Positions 28,813-37,261 of a stretch of DNA of 64,000 bases are shown here, piece after piece. Source of the DNA: Verrucomicrobiota bacterium. GTDB taxonomy: Bacteria; Verrucomicrobiota; Verrucomicrobiia; CAIQCK01. The stretch is taken from assembly GCA_026397915.1 (NCBI GenBank), contig JAPLTX010000060.1:110210-174209 (forward strand), written 5' to 3'. Below the pieces are notes generated by a model. The model made no database searches. It saw nothing but the letters and a program-made list of their open reading frames with translations, and had not been told where the DNA came from. Every line of letters begins with the position of its first letter. The stretch's first letter is position 1. The position numbers and the translations under genes were made by a program.

Positions 28813-28857
28813 CAACCGATGCAGTCAGCCTCGCGCTGGCTGCATCGGTTGTTTTTT
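28813..28857 (+). terminator. Rho-independent terminator after sodB
   Basis: CAACCGATGCAGTCAGC-CTCGC-GCTGGCTGCATCGGTTG followed by T6. Confidence 0.85.
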
Positions 28858-28888
28858 GACCGCGCGCCGAAGCGGCCGGCGCCGGCAA

Positions 28889-29593
28889 TCACTTGCGTGC
28901 CACTTTGCGGAAGCGGACGAAGTAGTTCTCGTTCATGAAGTCCCGCTCCTCGACCTTCTTGAAGCCCGCGGCCTCGATCTCCGCCGTGAACACCTCCTGT
29001 CCGGCGCGGACGTGCTTCACAATCCACTCCTTCGACTTGCCGGGGATGCGCTTGAACTCCACCAGCACCAGTTCGCCCTTCGGCCGCAACGCGCGGTGAA
29101 TGGACGCCATCGAGTCCTTCGCATGGTTGAAGTGGTGATAGACATCGCAGAGGAACACCACATCCGCGCAGCCTGCCGGCAACTCCACGGAGCGTTCCGT
29201 GCAGAGCGCCGTCTCGACGTTCGCGAAGCCGGCGTCCTTGGCGCGCTTGGCGATGTGCTCGATCAGCCGCTTCTCGATCTCCACGGCGATGACCTTGCCT
29301 TTCGGGCCGACGGCCTCGGCGAACATCATCGTGAACAACCCCGTGCCCGCGCCGATGTCGGCGACGACCGCGCCGGGTTTCACGGCGGCGGCTTTGAAGA
29401 TGTCCTGCCGCCGGTCGTAAGCTTCGCGGCCGGCTTTCTCGTAGCGTGCCGTCAACTGCTCGATGGTTGGCGGGGCGCTTTGCTTCGACGGCTGGCCCTT
29501 CGCGGTGGCGGACTGCTGGCTGAACGCGAGCGTCGCGGCGGCGAAGCAAAGCAGGAGGTTGAGCGTGGCGCGGAGAAGAGGCTTGAAGTTCAT
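28889..29593 (-). CDS. Class I SAM-dependent methyltransferase with N-terminal signal peptide
   Basis: VVADIGAGTG, VIAVEIE, DVVFLCDVYHH, LRPKGELVLVEF. The N-terminus MNFKPLLRATLNLLLCFAAATLAFS looks like a Sec signal. Confidence 0.9.
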   Translation of the reverse strand: MNFKPLLRATLNLLLCFAAATLAFSQQSATAKGQPSKQSAPPTIEQLTARYEKAGREAYDRRQDIFKAAAVKPGAVVADIGAGTGLFTMMFAEAVGPKGKVIAVEIEKRLIEHIAKRAKDAGFANVETALCTERSVELPAGCADVVFLCDVYHHFNHAKDSMASIHRALRPKGELVLVEFKRIPGKSKEWIVKHVRAGQEVFTAEIEAAGFKKVEERDFMNENYFVRFRKVARK

Positions 29594-29635
29594 GGCGCGG
29601 CATCGTAGCCGGACGGAAACGCCGGCGACAACTGC

Positions 29636-29672
29636 GATTTGCTCTTGCCTTGCCCGACGCGTGGGCGACTAT
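29636..29672 (+). promoter_or_regulatory. Promoter-like motif, copy 1
   Basis: GATTTGCTCTTGCCTTG-N11-GGCGACTAT (TTGCCT-N16-GACTAT), identical at 41352-41388. Confidence 0.6.
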
Positions 29673-29700
29673 CTCAGTCGTAATCATGCAACACGAATAC

Positions 29701-29847
29701 CCCCTCACCCTAGCCCTCTCCCTCGCAGCGGCGGAGAGGGAGAAGTTTCACGCGCCGCAGCGCGACTTGCTGAAAGGTGAACACTTTCAAGGCAGCGTGG
29801 ACGGTTTCCCTCTCCCCATCCGATGGGGAGAGGGTCAGGGTGAGGGG
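29701..29847. repeat. CCCCTCACCC...GGGTGAGGGG palindromic element, copy 1 (intergenic)
   Basis: Terminal arms CCCCTCACCCTAGCCCTCTCCC / GGGAGAGGGTCAGGGTGAGGGG, each with an internal CCCTCTCCC..GGGAGAGGG hairpin. Confidence 0.85.
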
Positions 29848-29901
29848 CCGCGGCGACTGAATAGTTGCGGCTTAGGGAATCCAAAGCATCCAATGCCTTG
29901 C

Positions 29902-32900
29902 ATGAAAATTTTTGCGTCCTTGCTGCTGTTCGCGTTTGCGAACTGTGCCGAAGCCGCGGACTGGCCGCAATGGCGCGGCAACGCCAACCGCACGGCGGAC
30001 ACGTCCGAGAAACTTCCCGCGCAGATGAGCCTGCGCTGGGTGCGCGAGTTTCCGGCGCGCGTGCCGGCGTGGGAGGATCCGCTGAACCAGGACTTGATGC
30101 CGTTCGACGCCGTCTTCGAGCCGGTGGTGATGGGCGACAGGATGTTCGTCGGGTTCAACGACGCCGACAAATTGGTCGCGCTGGACATTCACACGGGCCG
30201 GCAGCTCTGGGCGTTCTACGCCGACGGGCCGGTGCGGCTCGCGCCGGCTTGCTGGGAGGGCAGAGTCTATTTCGCCAGCGACGACGGCTGCCTCTATTGT
30301 GTGCGCGCTGACAACGGCGCGCTGGTGTGGAAATTCCGCGGCGGCCCCTCCAACCGCAAAGTGCTCGGCAACAGCCGCCTCATCTCCGCGTGGCCCGCGC
30401 GCGGCGGGCCGGTCATCCGCGACGGCGTGGTTTATTTCGCGGCGAGCATCTGGCCGTTCATGGGCACGTTCATCCACGCGCTCGATGCCGCGACCGGGCA
30501 GGTTGTCTGGGTCAACGACGGCACCGGTGCGCAGTTCGTCAAACAACCGCACAACGCGCCGGCGTTTGCCGGCGTCGCGCCGCAGGGCGCGCTCGTGGCG
30601 ACCGAGAAGTTCCTGCTCGTGCCGGGTGGCCGCTCCATTCCTGCGGCGTTCGACCGCGCGACTGGCGCGTTCCTCCACTTCCCCATCGCCGAGTCCGGCA
30701 AAGGCACGGGCGGCTCGACGGTGATGGCCAGCGAGAAGGAGTTCTTCGTCCACACCCGCGAGCGTGGCACGCGCGCCCACGATCTGGCGACGGGCAAGAA
30801 AACCATCTTCACCGTCAACGAGCCGGTGCTGGGCAAGACGCACGTCTATTGCGCCGCGAGCTGCTCGACGAACTTCGCCGCCCGCGCGGAAGCGGAGTTG
30901 AAACTGGAGACGGCGCGCCAGGCCCACCTCAAAGCGAAGAACGACCTCGCCGACGCGCAGGACGCGGCCGAGGCCAACGCCATCAAGCGCGCCGCCGCCG
31001 CGGTCAGTTCCGCCGAGAAGAAGGTCGAGCTTGCCGGAACGCTTGTGAGCCGCGCCCGACAGAACGCGCCGGATGGCGCCTCCGTCAAAGTCATCCAGGC
31101 GTGGAAGGCGGACAAATCGTTGCAGTGGGAAATCCCGGCCGACGGCTCCGGCGACCTCATCCGCGCCGCCGGCCGGCTCTACGCGGCCGGCTCAAACACC
31201 ATCGTCGCCATCGAAGTTCCGAAGCAGGGCGGCAAGCCCGCCATCGTCTGGTCGCAGCGCGTGCAGGGGACCGTGCGCCGGTTGCTCGCCGCCAACGGGA
31301 TGCTCTTCGCCGTGACGCTCGAAGGCCGCATCATGGCGTTCGGCGAAGGTGGAACGCGACCTCCGGGCGCGTTTCTGTCGAAAGCGAACGTGTCCAACAC
31401 GAACGCGTCCGGAGGCCGCGTTCCACCTGAACAAGCGCGCGAGATCATCGAGAAAACCGGCGCGCGCGAAGGCTGCGCGTTCGTGCTCGGCTTGGGCGAC
31501 GGCCAGTTGATCACGGCGCTGGCGACGGCCTCGAAGCTGCACCTCATCGGCGTGGATGCCGACGCCGCGAAAGTGGACCGCCTGCGACGGCAACTGGACG
31601 GCGCGGGCCTCTACGGCAAACGCGTGTCGCTGCTGGCGGCGCGGCCGGATGCGTTTGGCGCGCCGCCCTACATCGCCAGCCTCATCGTCGCTGATGACTC
31701 GCTGGCCCCGGCGGCGCTGCGCAAAGTTTATGAATCGCTGCGGCCCTACGGCGGTTCGCTCTGGATTGCCGGCGCGAAGAGCGTCGCCGTCGCCGGCCTG
31801 CCGAAGGCGAAAGTTGAAACCCTCGCCAACGCCGTGCGCATCGTGCGCGAAGGCGCGTTGCCGGGCGCGGCGGATTGGACCCACCAATACGGCGACATCG
31901 CCAACTCGGTGAAGTCCGACGATAGCGCGTTGAAGCTGCCAGTGGGCCTGCTGTGGTTTGGCGGCAACACGCACATGGACGTGCTGCCGCGCCACGGCCA
32001 CGGCCCGTCCGAGCAGGTCATTGGCGGCCGCTTGTTCATCGAAGGCATGGACTGCTTCAGCGCGCGCGACGTTTACACCGGCCGCGTGCTGTGGAAAACA
32101 ACCATTCCCGGCCTGAACACCGCCGGCATCTACCACGATAACACGCTGCTCGCGAATTCTCTGACCACGCTTTACAGCCAGCGCCATATCCCCGGCGCCA
32201 ACGCGCGCGGCGCGAACTTCGTCGCCACGGACGACAGGGTTTACATCGCCGTCGGCAACCACTGCGCCGTCCTCGACGCGGCGAGCGGCGCGATCCTCCG
32301 CGACATCCCGATGCCCGGCGGCGACTGGGGCTACATCGGCGTCTGCGGCGACGTGCTGCTCGGCGGTGCCGACTTCGCGCGCTTCAACAAACGCTTCCCG
32401 ACGCCCGGCCTCGACTTCCTCGCCGCCATCAGCGACTTCGCCGCCAGCCGCGGGCTGGTCGCGTTCGACCGCCACACCGGCGCGGTGCTCTGGCGGGCCG
32501 GCGCGCGGCACAGCTTCGTCCACAACGGCATCGTCGCCGGCGGCGGTCGCGTCTATTGCCTCGACCGCCTGCCGAAGAGCGCGGAACTCAAAGCCGCCGC
32601 GCGCGGCGAGAAAGTCGCGGCGAGCTACCGCATCGTCGCCCTCGACCTGCGCACGGGCAGGCCGCTGTGGGAAAACACCAACGGCGTCTTCGGCACGTGG
32701 CTGGCTTACTCGAAGGAGCGCGACCTCCTGCTCCAGGCCGGCGCGAGCGCCACCGACCGCTGGAAGGACGAGGCGAAGGAAGGCATGGCCGTCCTCCGCG
32801 CCAAAGATGGCACCGAGGTCTGGAAAAATCCGGGCCTCAAATACACCGGCCCGTGCATCCTCCACCACGACCTCATCATCACCACGCCGACCTCCTACAA

Positions 32901-33927
32901 ACAATCCGCCGGCGCCTTCAGCCTGCTCGACGGCAAGCCGCACCTCATCGCCAACCCGCTCACCGGCGAAGCCCAGCCCTGGCGCGTCTATCGCGCCTAC
33001 GGCTGCAACACGCCCGTCGCCTCCGAAAACGTGATGACCTTCCGCTCCGGCACCGCCGGCTTCTACGACCTGCAAACCCACGCCGGCACCGGCAACCTCG
33101 GCGGCTTCAAGAGCGGTTGCAGCGCCAACCTCATCGTCGCCAACGGCGTCCTCAACGCCCCCGACTACACCCGCACGTGCAGTTGCCCCTACCAGAACCA
33201 GACCTCCCTCGCCCTCGTCTCGATGCCGGAGGTGGAGATGTGGACCTGCAACCTCTCCGGTTTCGACGCGCCCGAGGGCAGGCGCATCGCGCGCATCGGC
33301 ATCAACCTCGGCGCGGCCGGCGACCGCATCGCGGACGACGGCACGCTCTGGCTCGAATACCCCTCCGCCGGCGGTATCTCCCCGCAACTGCCCGTCACCA
33401 TCACCGGCGACACCCGTAACATCTTCCGCCGGCACGCCAGCGCCGTCACCGGCAGCGGCCCCGCGTGGGTCGTCGCCTCCGGCCTGCGCGACATCGAGTC
33501 CATCGTCATCACCCCGCAGACACAGAAAGCCCCGCCGCCCTCCGCCCAGAAGGACGACGAGGAAGACGACAAAGCCGCCGCCAAGGGCAAGACCGCTGCC
33601 GCCCCCGCGCGGCCCGCCGAACCGGCCGCTGCGCCCGCCGCCGCCATTCCCCCGCTGCCGCCCGCCCGCTACACCGTGCGGCTCTACTTCATGGAACCGG
33701 ACGACATCGCGCCGGGCCAGCGCGTCTTCGACGTGCTCCTCCAAGGCCAGCCGGTCCTGAAGAACTTCGACATCGTCAGAGCCGCCGGCGCCGTCAACCG
33801 CGGCGTCGTGAAGGAATTCAAGAACGTCCAACTCGCCCCCCGGCTCGAAGTCCGCCTGCAAAAGTCAGCCGCCTCCACCCTCGGCCCCGCCCTCAGCGGC
33901 GTCGAGTTGGTGCTTGAGAAAAACTGA
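29902..33927 (+). CDS. Giant exported protein: PQQ-like beta-propeller + SAM-methyltransferase-like domain + second propeller with Cys motif + malectin-like domain
   Basis: Signal peptide then ADWPQWRG; repeated propeller blades (G..LW); VLGLGDG..GVDAD..LRPYGG; YGC..SGC..CSC; YTVRLYFMEP..RVFDVLLQG..FDI. Confidence 0.88.
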   Translation: MKIFASLLLFAFANCAEAADWPQWRGNANRTADTSEKLPAQMSLRWVREFPARVPAWEDPLNQDLMPFDAVFEPVVMGDRMFVGFNDADKLVALDIHTGRQLWAFYADGPVRLAPACWEGRVYFASDDGCLYCVRADNGALVWKFRGGPSNRKVLGNSRLISAWPARGGPVIRDGVVYFAASIWPFMGTFIHALDAATGQVVWVNDGTGAQFVKQPHNAPAFAGVAPQGALVATEKFLLVPGGRSIPAAFDRATGAFLHFPIAESGKGTGGSTVMASEKEFFVHTRERGTRAHDLATGKKTIFTVNEPVLGKTHVYCAASCSTNFAARAEAELKLETARQAHLKAKNDLADAQDAAEANAIKRAAAAVSSAEKKVELAGTLVSRARQNAPDGASVKVIQAWKADKSLQWEIPADGSGDLIRAAGRLYAAGSNTIVAIEVPKQGGKPAIVWSQRVQGTVRRLLAANGMLFAVTLEGRIMAFGEGGTRPPGAFLSKANVSNTNASGGRVPPEQAREIIEKTGAREGCAFVLGLGDGQLITALATASKLHLIGVDADAAKVDRLRRQLDGAGLYGKRVSLLAARPDAFGAPPYIASLIVADDSLAPAALRKVYESLRPYGGSLWIAGAKSVAVAGLPKAKVETLANAVRIVREGALPGAADWTHQYGDIANSVKSDDSALKLPVGLLWFGGNTHMDVLPRHGHGPSEQVIGGRLFIEGMDCFSARDVYTGRVLWKTTIPGLNTAGIYHDNTLLANSLTTLYSQRHIPGANARGANFVATDDRVYIAVGNHCAVLDAASGAILRDIPMPGGDWGYIGVCGDVLLGGADFARFNKRFPTPGLDFLAAISDFAASRGLVAFDRHTGAVLWRAGARHSFVHNGIVAGGGRVYCLDRLPKSAELKAAARGEKVAASYRIVALDLRTGRPLWENTNGVFGTWLAYSKERDLLLQAGASATDRWKDEAKEGMAVLRAKDGTEVWKNPGLKYTGPCILHHDLIITTPTSYKQSAGAFSLLDGKPHLIANPLTGEAQPWRVYRAYGCNTPVASENVMTFRSGTAGFYDLQTHAGTGNLGGFKSGCSANLIVANGVLNAPDYTRTCSCPYQNQTSLALVSMPEVEMWTCNLSGFDAPEGRRIARIGINLGAAGDRIADDGTLWLEYPSAGGISPQLPVTITGDTRNIFRRHASAVTGSGPAWVVASGLRDIESIVITPQTQKAPPPSAQKDDEEDDKAAAKGKTAAAPARPAEPAAAPAAAIPPLPPARYTVRLYFMEPDDIAPGQRVFDVLLQGQPVLKNFDIVRAAGAVNRGVVKEFKNVQLAPRLEVRLQKSAASTLGPALSGVELVLEKN
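31347..31428. repeat. REP doublet (REPIN-like) in frame inside the CDS
   Basis: 27-bp arms AGGTGGAACGCGACCTCCGGGCGCGTT / AACGCGTCCGGAGGCCGCGTTCCACCT (25/27), each with a GTGG foot and an AACGCG..CGCGTT hairpin. Confidence 0.85.
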
Positions 33928-33944
33928 ACGCGCCGCGCGCGCCT

Positions 33945-34577
33945 TCACGTCGCCCGGCAGCGCACCGGCGATCCCCACGGCCCCGTGCCCGCACGGGCCA
34001 GCGTCGCCACGCGAAACCAATACTCCTTGCCCGGCTCCAGTCCCGTCACCGTGCATTTGCGGCGCGTGAACGCTCCCACATACTTCCATCCCGCCTTCCC
34101 GTCCGGGTCCGTGCTCATCTCCACCAGATACGACGGCCTGCGCCGCCGCACGAGCGTCCACCTCAACAGAACACTGCCGGCGAGCAGACCCGGCAACGCC
34201 TTCAAACCATCCGGCGCGGGCAACAGCCCGATCCGCTTCTTCTCCGCCACCAGCTCCAGCCCCGCACTGACCAGCGCCGCGGCCACGCCCCCAGTCTGCG
34301 ACTCCACTCCCGCCCTCAACAGCCACGCCGCATGCCGCAACTCTCGCATCGCGTCGTTGCGCTTCAGCACCTGCGCCTTCAACGTCTTGCGCGCCGTCTC
34401 CACGGCGTCAATCAACGTGCGCGCCTCCTCCACCGCCCGTTGCAGCCGGGGCAGATGCTCCAGCTTCCCTGCCAGCGCCGCATCGCTGCTTGCGCCGCGC
34501 GCCAGCCGCTCCGCCACCCTCAACTGCTCACCCACCGGCTTGTCCTTGAAGGCCAACTTCGTTCTTGCGAGTTTCAT
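33945..34577 (-). CDS. Cytoplasmic fibronectin type III domain protein (helical N-terminus + FN3)
   Basis: PAPDGLKA..GSVLLRW..SYLVE..W..TVTGLEPGKEYWFRV..G.GPWG. Start set at MKLARTK. Confidence 0.8.
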   Translation of the reverse strand: MKLARTKLAFKDKPVGEQLRVAERLARGASSDAALAGKLEHLPRLQRAVEEARTLIDAVETARKTLKAQVLKRNDAMRELRHAAWLLRAGVESQTGGVAAALVSAGLELVAEKKRIGLLPAPDGLKALPGLLAGSVLLRWTLVRRRRPSYLVEMSTDPDGKAGWKYVGAFTRRKCTVTGLEPGKEYWFRVATLARAGTGPWGSPVRCRAT

Positions 34578-34717
34578 TCTCGTGCTCCGTTCATTTGCAA
34601 GCCGCCGGGCACCATCCGCCGACGGCAAACATCCTTCTGCAAAGACCATTTTCCATCCGGTGGATTGGTGAAAGCAAGGACGGAAAGTTCGTTTCCTTAC
34701 CAGCAGTAGGCCATTTC

Positions 34718-34975
34718 CAGACTGGAAAAGGCCTCCGGCAGACTGAAGAAGGCTCATGCGCGACTGGAATGAGCGGCCGTCAGACTGGAATCCGGCCCGA
34801 TCCGATTGATTTCGCCTCCTGCCGGGCTGGAGACAGCGGTTTCCAGCCTGCGGAATGCCTCCGCTCTCCTGCCGAATGCCTTCATATAGTAAGGAAACTA
34901 ACTTTCCTTACTAGCAACATGCTATTTCCAAACTAGAAACCAGCTATTTTCTTCAGGAAACCAGCAAAAACAGCC
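34718..34975. repeat. Degenerate 21-bp-period repeat tract containing an 11-bp perfect inverted repeat
   Basis: GACTG(G/A)A heads at 34718/34739/34760/34781; CTGC(G/C)GAATGCCT at 34848/34869; TAGTAAGGAAA-N5-TTTCCTTACTA at 34887-34913. Confidence 0.6.
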
Positions 34976-35057
34976 GGAAAGTGGGCAAAGCCAGGATGTT
35001 TTCCGCGCCTCACAACATGGAGATCAACCAAGCCGACTTGGAAGCCAGCCAACTCCA

Positions 35058-35106
35058 TCCGACGTCCGACTCCTTACGCCCTACGTCTCACGCATCGCGC
35101 TTCCCG
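35058..35106. repeat. Degenerate tandem heptamers
   Basis: TCCGACG TCCGACT CCTTACG CCCTACG TCTCACG CATCGCG CTTCCCG. Confidence 0.45.
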
Positions 35107-35173
35107 CCGCGCTGTCTCCGACTGCCGAAGCCGTCCCGCCCGTCCTCCGCCCCATTCCGCGTGCCGCACAACC

Positions 35174-35224
35174 TGACTCATAGTCCATAGACCTTTCGAC
35201 CGTTTTAGCATGGACTATCAGTCA
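35174..35224. promoter_or_regulatory. 15-bp inverted repeat containing two GACT-N3-AGTC (C-box-like) palindromes
   Basis: TGACTCATAGTCCAT...ATGGACTATCAGTCA; GACTCATAGTC at 35175 and GACTATCAGTC at 35213. Confidence 0.55.
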
Positions 35225-35306
35225 TGCCGAAACGTGACCCACCCTCGCCGCTCTTGGTCGGAATGTCCGTCATCACCGCGAAGCGCGCGGCTTGCGCTGT
35301 GAAGGT

Positions 35307-36107
35307 TCAGTCGCTGAAAACTTCCGAGCGATGATACGCAAGGAACTGCGGGTCTGGTTTCGCAAGCTTGCTGGGCAGTTGAATCGGTTTACCCTCGAAC
35401 GATACGAAATTCTTCTCCAGTGCTGGCTGCGGCAAGTAAGCTTTGAGCCTTTTGCTGAGGACAACCTTCAGCTTCTCGTCCAGCGTGATAAGCCCGGCGT
35501 CGAATGCGGCGTCGTGGATGGACGAGAGGCAAAGACCGTTTCGTGGGTTCAATCTCTGATCCGGAAAGTCACGCCACGGTTTGATATGGCTTGCAACGAG
35601 CAGGCGCGGCACGTTGATTCCGCTGATGCAGCAACGCACACCGTAAGCATTGAGAATCGCCTGACGGAAGAATTGTTGTCCGCGTCGCACCCGCACAGTC
35701 GCGTTGGATTCCGTCGGTCCTGTCGGCGGCGTTGGCTCAAGTCGGATTCTGTCGCGGTGAAGGAAATCCAGTTCCTTTGCTTCGTCTTTCGTAAAAAGGT
35801 CATGCAGCATTTCCTCGCTCTCCGGGCCAAGCGTCGCGAGTTCGGAGTGGAACTCTTCCCACAACGCGCGATCTAGTTTCGATACGTTCGGAAATCCACC
35901 TACGCCGCGCTCATGATGCACAGGATCAAAAGAAGCGAAATTGCAGAGCTTCATAACCAGAGCGTCTGGCGTGCGGCCGATCCTCTTCGCCACGTCAACG
36001 ATGATGGGATTCTTTTTGTCGAATTGTCCGAACGGCAGCTTGCAGTAGAGGTTCAGCGCGATTAGAAGTTGCTCGCGCGTCCAGTTGACTCTCGGGGCGT
36101 TAGCCAT
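35307..36107 (-). CDS. HNH endonuclease (predicted restriction endonuclease, N-terminal helical domain + HNH)
   Basis: WTREQL.IALNLYCKLPFG..RTPDALVMKL.NF; RRGQQFFRQAILNAYG.RCCISG..LVASHIKPW..NGLCL..HDAAFDAG. Confidence 0.92.
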   Translation of the reverse strand: MANAPRVNWTREQLLIALNLYCKLPFGQFDKKNPIIVDVAKRIGRTPDALVMKLCNFASFDPVHHERGVGGFPNVSKLDRALWEEFHSELATLGPESEEMLHDLFTKDEAKELDFLHRDRIRLEPTPPTGPTESNATVRVRRGQQFFRQAILNAYGVRCCISGINVPRLLVASHIKPWRDFPDQRLNPRNGLCLSSIHDAAFDAGLITLDEKLKVVLSKRLKAYLPQPALEKNFVSFEGKPIQLPSKLAKPDPQFLAYHRSEVFSD

Positions 36108-36196
36108 GAACGAAGCGTGCCACATTCAGACGCGTCTGCGAAGCTCGAAAGAGCTTGCCTTGCTCGCCATTCCTGGCCAGGTAGTTCTGTCGAGTT

Positions 36197-36430
36197 ATGG
36201 ATAAGACTTACACAATCAAACTCGACAGTGCCGATCTCGGCCAACTGCTTGACGGCTTGATAGCGCGCGCGGAGGCGTGGGAGAAAACAGCACACTACCA
36301 CCGAACGGGAGAAGATCCGAAAGACATTCTTGTGGAAGAGTGTGTTGACGCCGAGGAAGCCGAAACCATCGCCGACCATTACCGATCCATCATCGCCAAG
36401 ATTCAACAACAGCGGAAGGAGCAATCATGA
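36197..36430 (+). CDS. Hypothetical 77-aa acidic helical protein
   Basis: Clean ORF with protein-like composition; ATGA-coupled to the next ORF. Confidence 0.75.
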   Translation: MDKTYTIKLDSADLGQLLDGLIARAEAWEKTAHYHRTGEDPKDILVEECVDAEEAETIADHYRSIIAKIQQQRKEQS

Positions 36431-36729
36431 ACGGGGAAACCTCCCTCAACCTTCGGAACGGGTTCTGCATTTTCGAGAACGTGCTTTCGCAAGGCCCTAC
36501 ACCGATAGTCAGCGACGGCGAAAACAAGTATGTGGTTTTTGAGACCGAGCTGGAGGCGCAAAAAGAAATCGCTGATTACGCCATGACCCGCTTGCGGCAG
36601 TTTATTGATGGCGAGCGAGACTTCGACGACGCCATTGTCGTGGATGAATACGTGGTGCCCGTAACCGTGCATCCCGACGGCACGATCACAGATGAAGACG
36701 GCAGGTGTTTTGGACCATACGCAGAATGA
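36427..36729 (+). CDS. Hypothetical 100-aa acidic protein
   Basis: GGAG RBS, ATGA overlaps at both ends, protein-like composition. Confidence 0.75.
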   Translation: MNGETSLNLRNGFCIFENVLSQGPTPIVSDGENKYVVFETELEAQKEIADYAMTRLRQFIDGERDFDDAIVVDEYVVPVTVHPDGTITDEDGRCFGPYAE

Positions 36730-36974
36730 TGAAGCTGGCGGTGTTTGTGGACGGCTGTTTCTGGCATAGCTGTCCGAAGCACGGGACGAAGCCGGCGAAC
36801 AACGCGGCGTTCTGGCGGAAGAAACTGTCTGCGAACAAGGCGCGGGACCGGCGGGTGACGCGGACGCTGCGGCGGCTGGGCTGGCGGGTGGTGCGGATTT
36901 GGGAGCACGAGCTGGCGCGCAAGAATGAGACGCGCTGCGTGGAGAAGATACGGAGGAAACTTAGCCACGGATGA
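36726..36974 (+). pseudogene. vsr: Very short patch repair endonuclease, C-terminal half only
   Basis: KLAVFVDGCFWH.CP.H...FW..K...N..RD..V...L..LGWRV.RIWEHEL. The N-terminal MSRI..TKPE..PD segment is absent. Confidence 0.85.
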
Positions 36975-37028
36975 ACACAGATTCACACGGATGCGGCGAG
37001 GCTCACGCAAAGACGCGGAGACGCCAGG
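36963..37028. repeat. Half copy of a CCACGGATGAACACAGAT-type repeat
   Basis: AGCCACGGATGAACACAGATTCACACGGAT has 9-nt periodicity like the arms at 98-193. Confidence 0.5.
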
Positions 37029-37051
37029 CATCGAAAGCGGACGGTCGAGGA

Positions 37052-37261
37052 TCAGAAGCCGAAGTCAACCGGGGTCAGGCCGGACTGGCGGATGATGGAG
37101 CGGGTGGTGCCGGCGGGGATTTCCTTCTTCGGATGCGGCACGATGGCGATACGGCCGGTGGGGTTCTTGTATTTACAGTGGCTGCCTTTTTGCGAAACGA
37201 AGCCAAATCCGTGTTGCTGCAGCACACGGATGATTTCGGTCGAACTGAGCCGCCTAGGCAT
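37052..37261 (-). CDS. hicA: HicA-family toxin
   Basis: MPRRLSSTEIIRVLQQHGF..VSQKGSH.KY....VPHPKKEIPAGT.RSIIRQSGL. Confidence 0.92.
   Translation of the reverse strand: MPRRLSSTEIIRVLQQHGFGFVSQKGSHCKYKNPTGRIAIVPHPKKEIPAGTTRSIIRQSGLTPVDFGF

Noticed and set aside
29902-33927. PQQ-dependent dehydrogenase activity for the propeller proteins
   Set aside because: Only generic blade repeats are seen, without recognisable alcohol/glucose dehydrogenase active-site motifs; no pqq genes in the window.
34718-35106. CRISPR array or plasmid iterons
   Set aside because: The units are short and degenerate, with no constant repeat/unique spacer pattern and no cas or rep gene.
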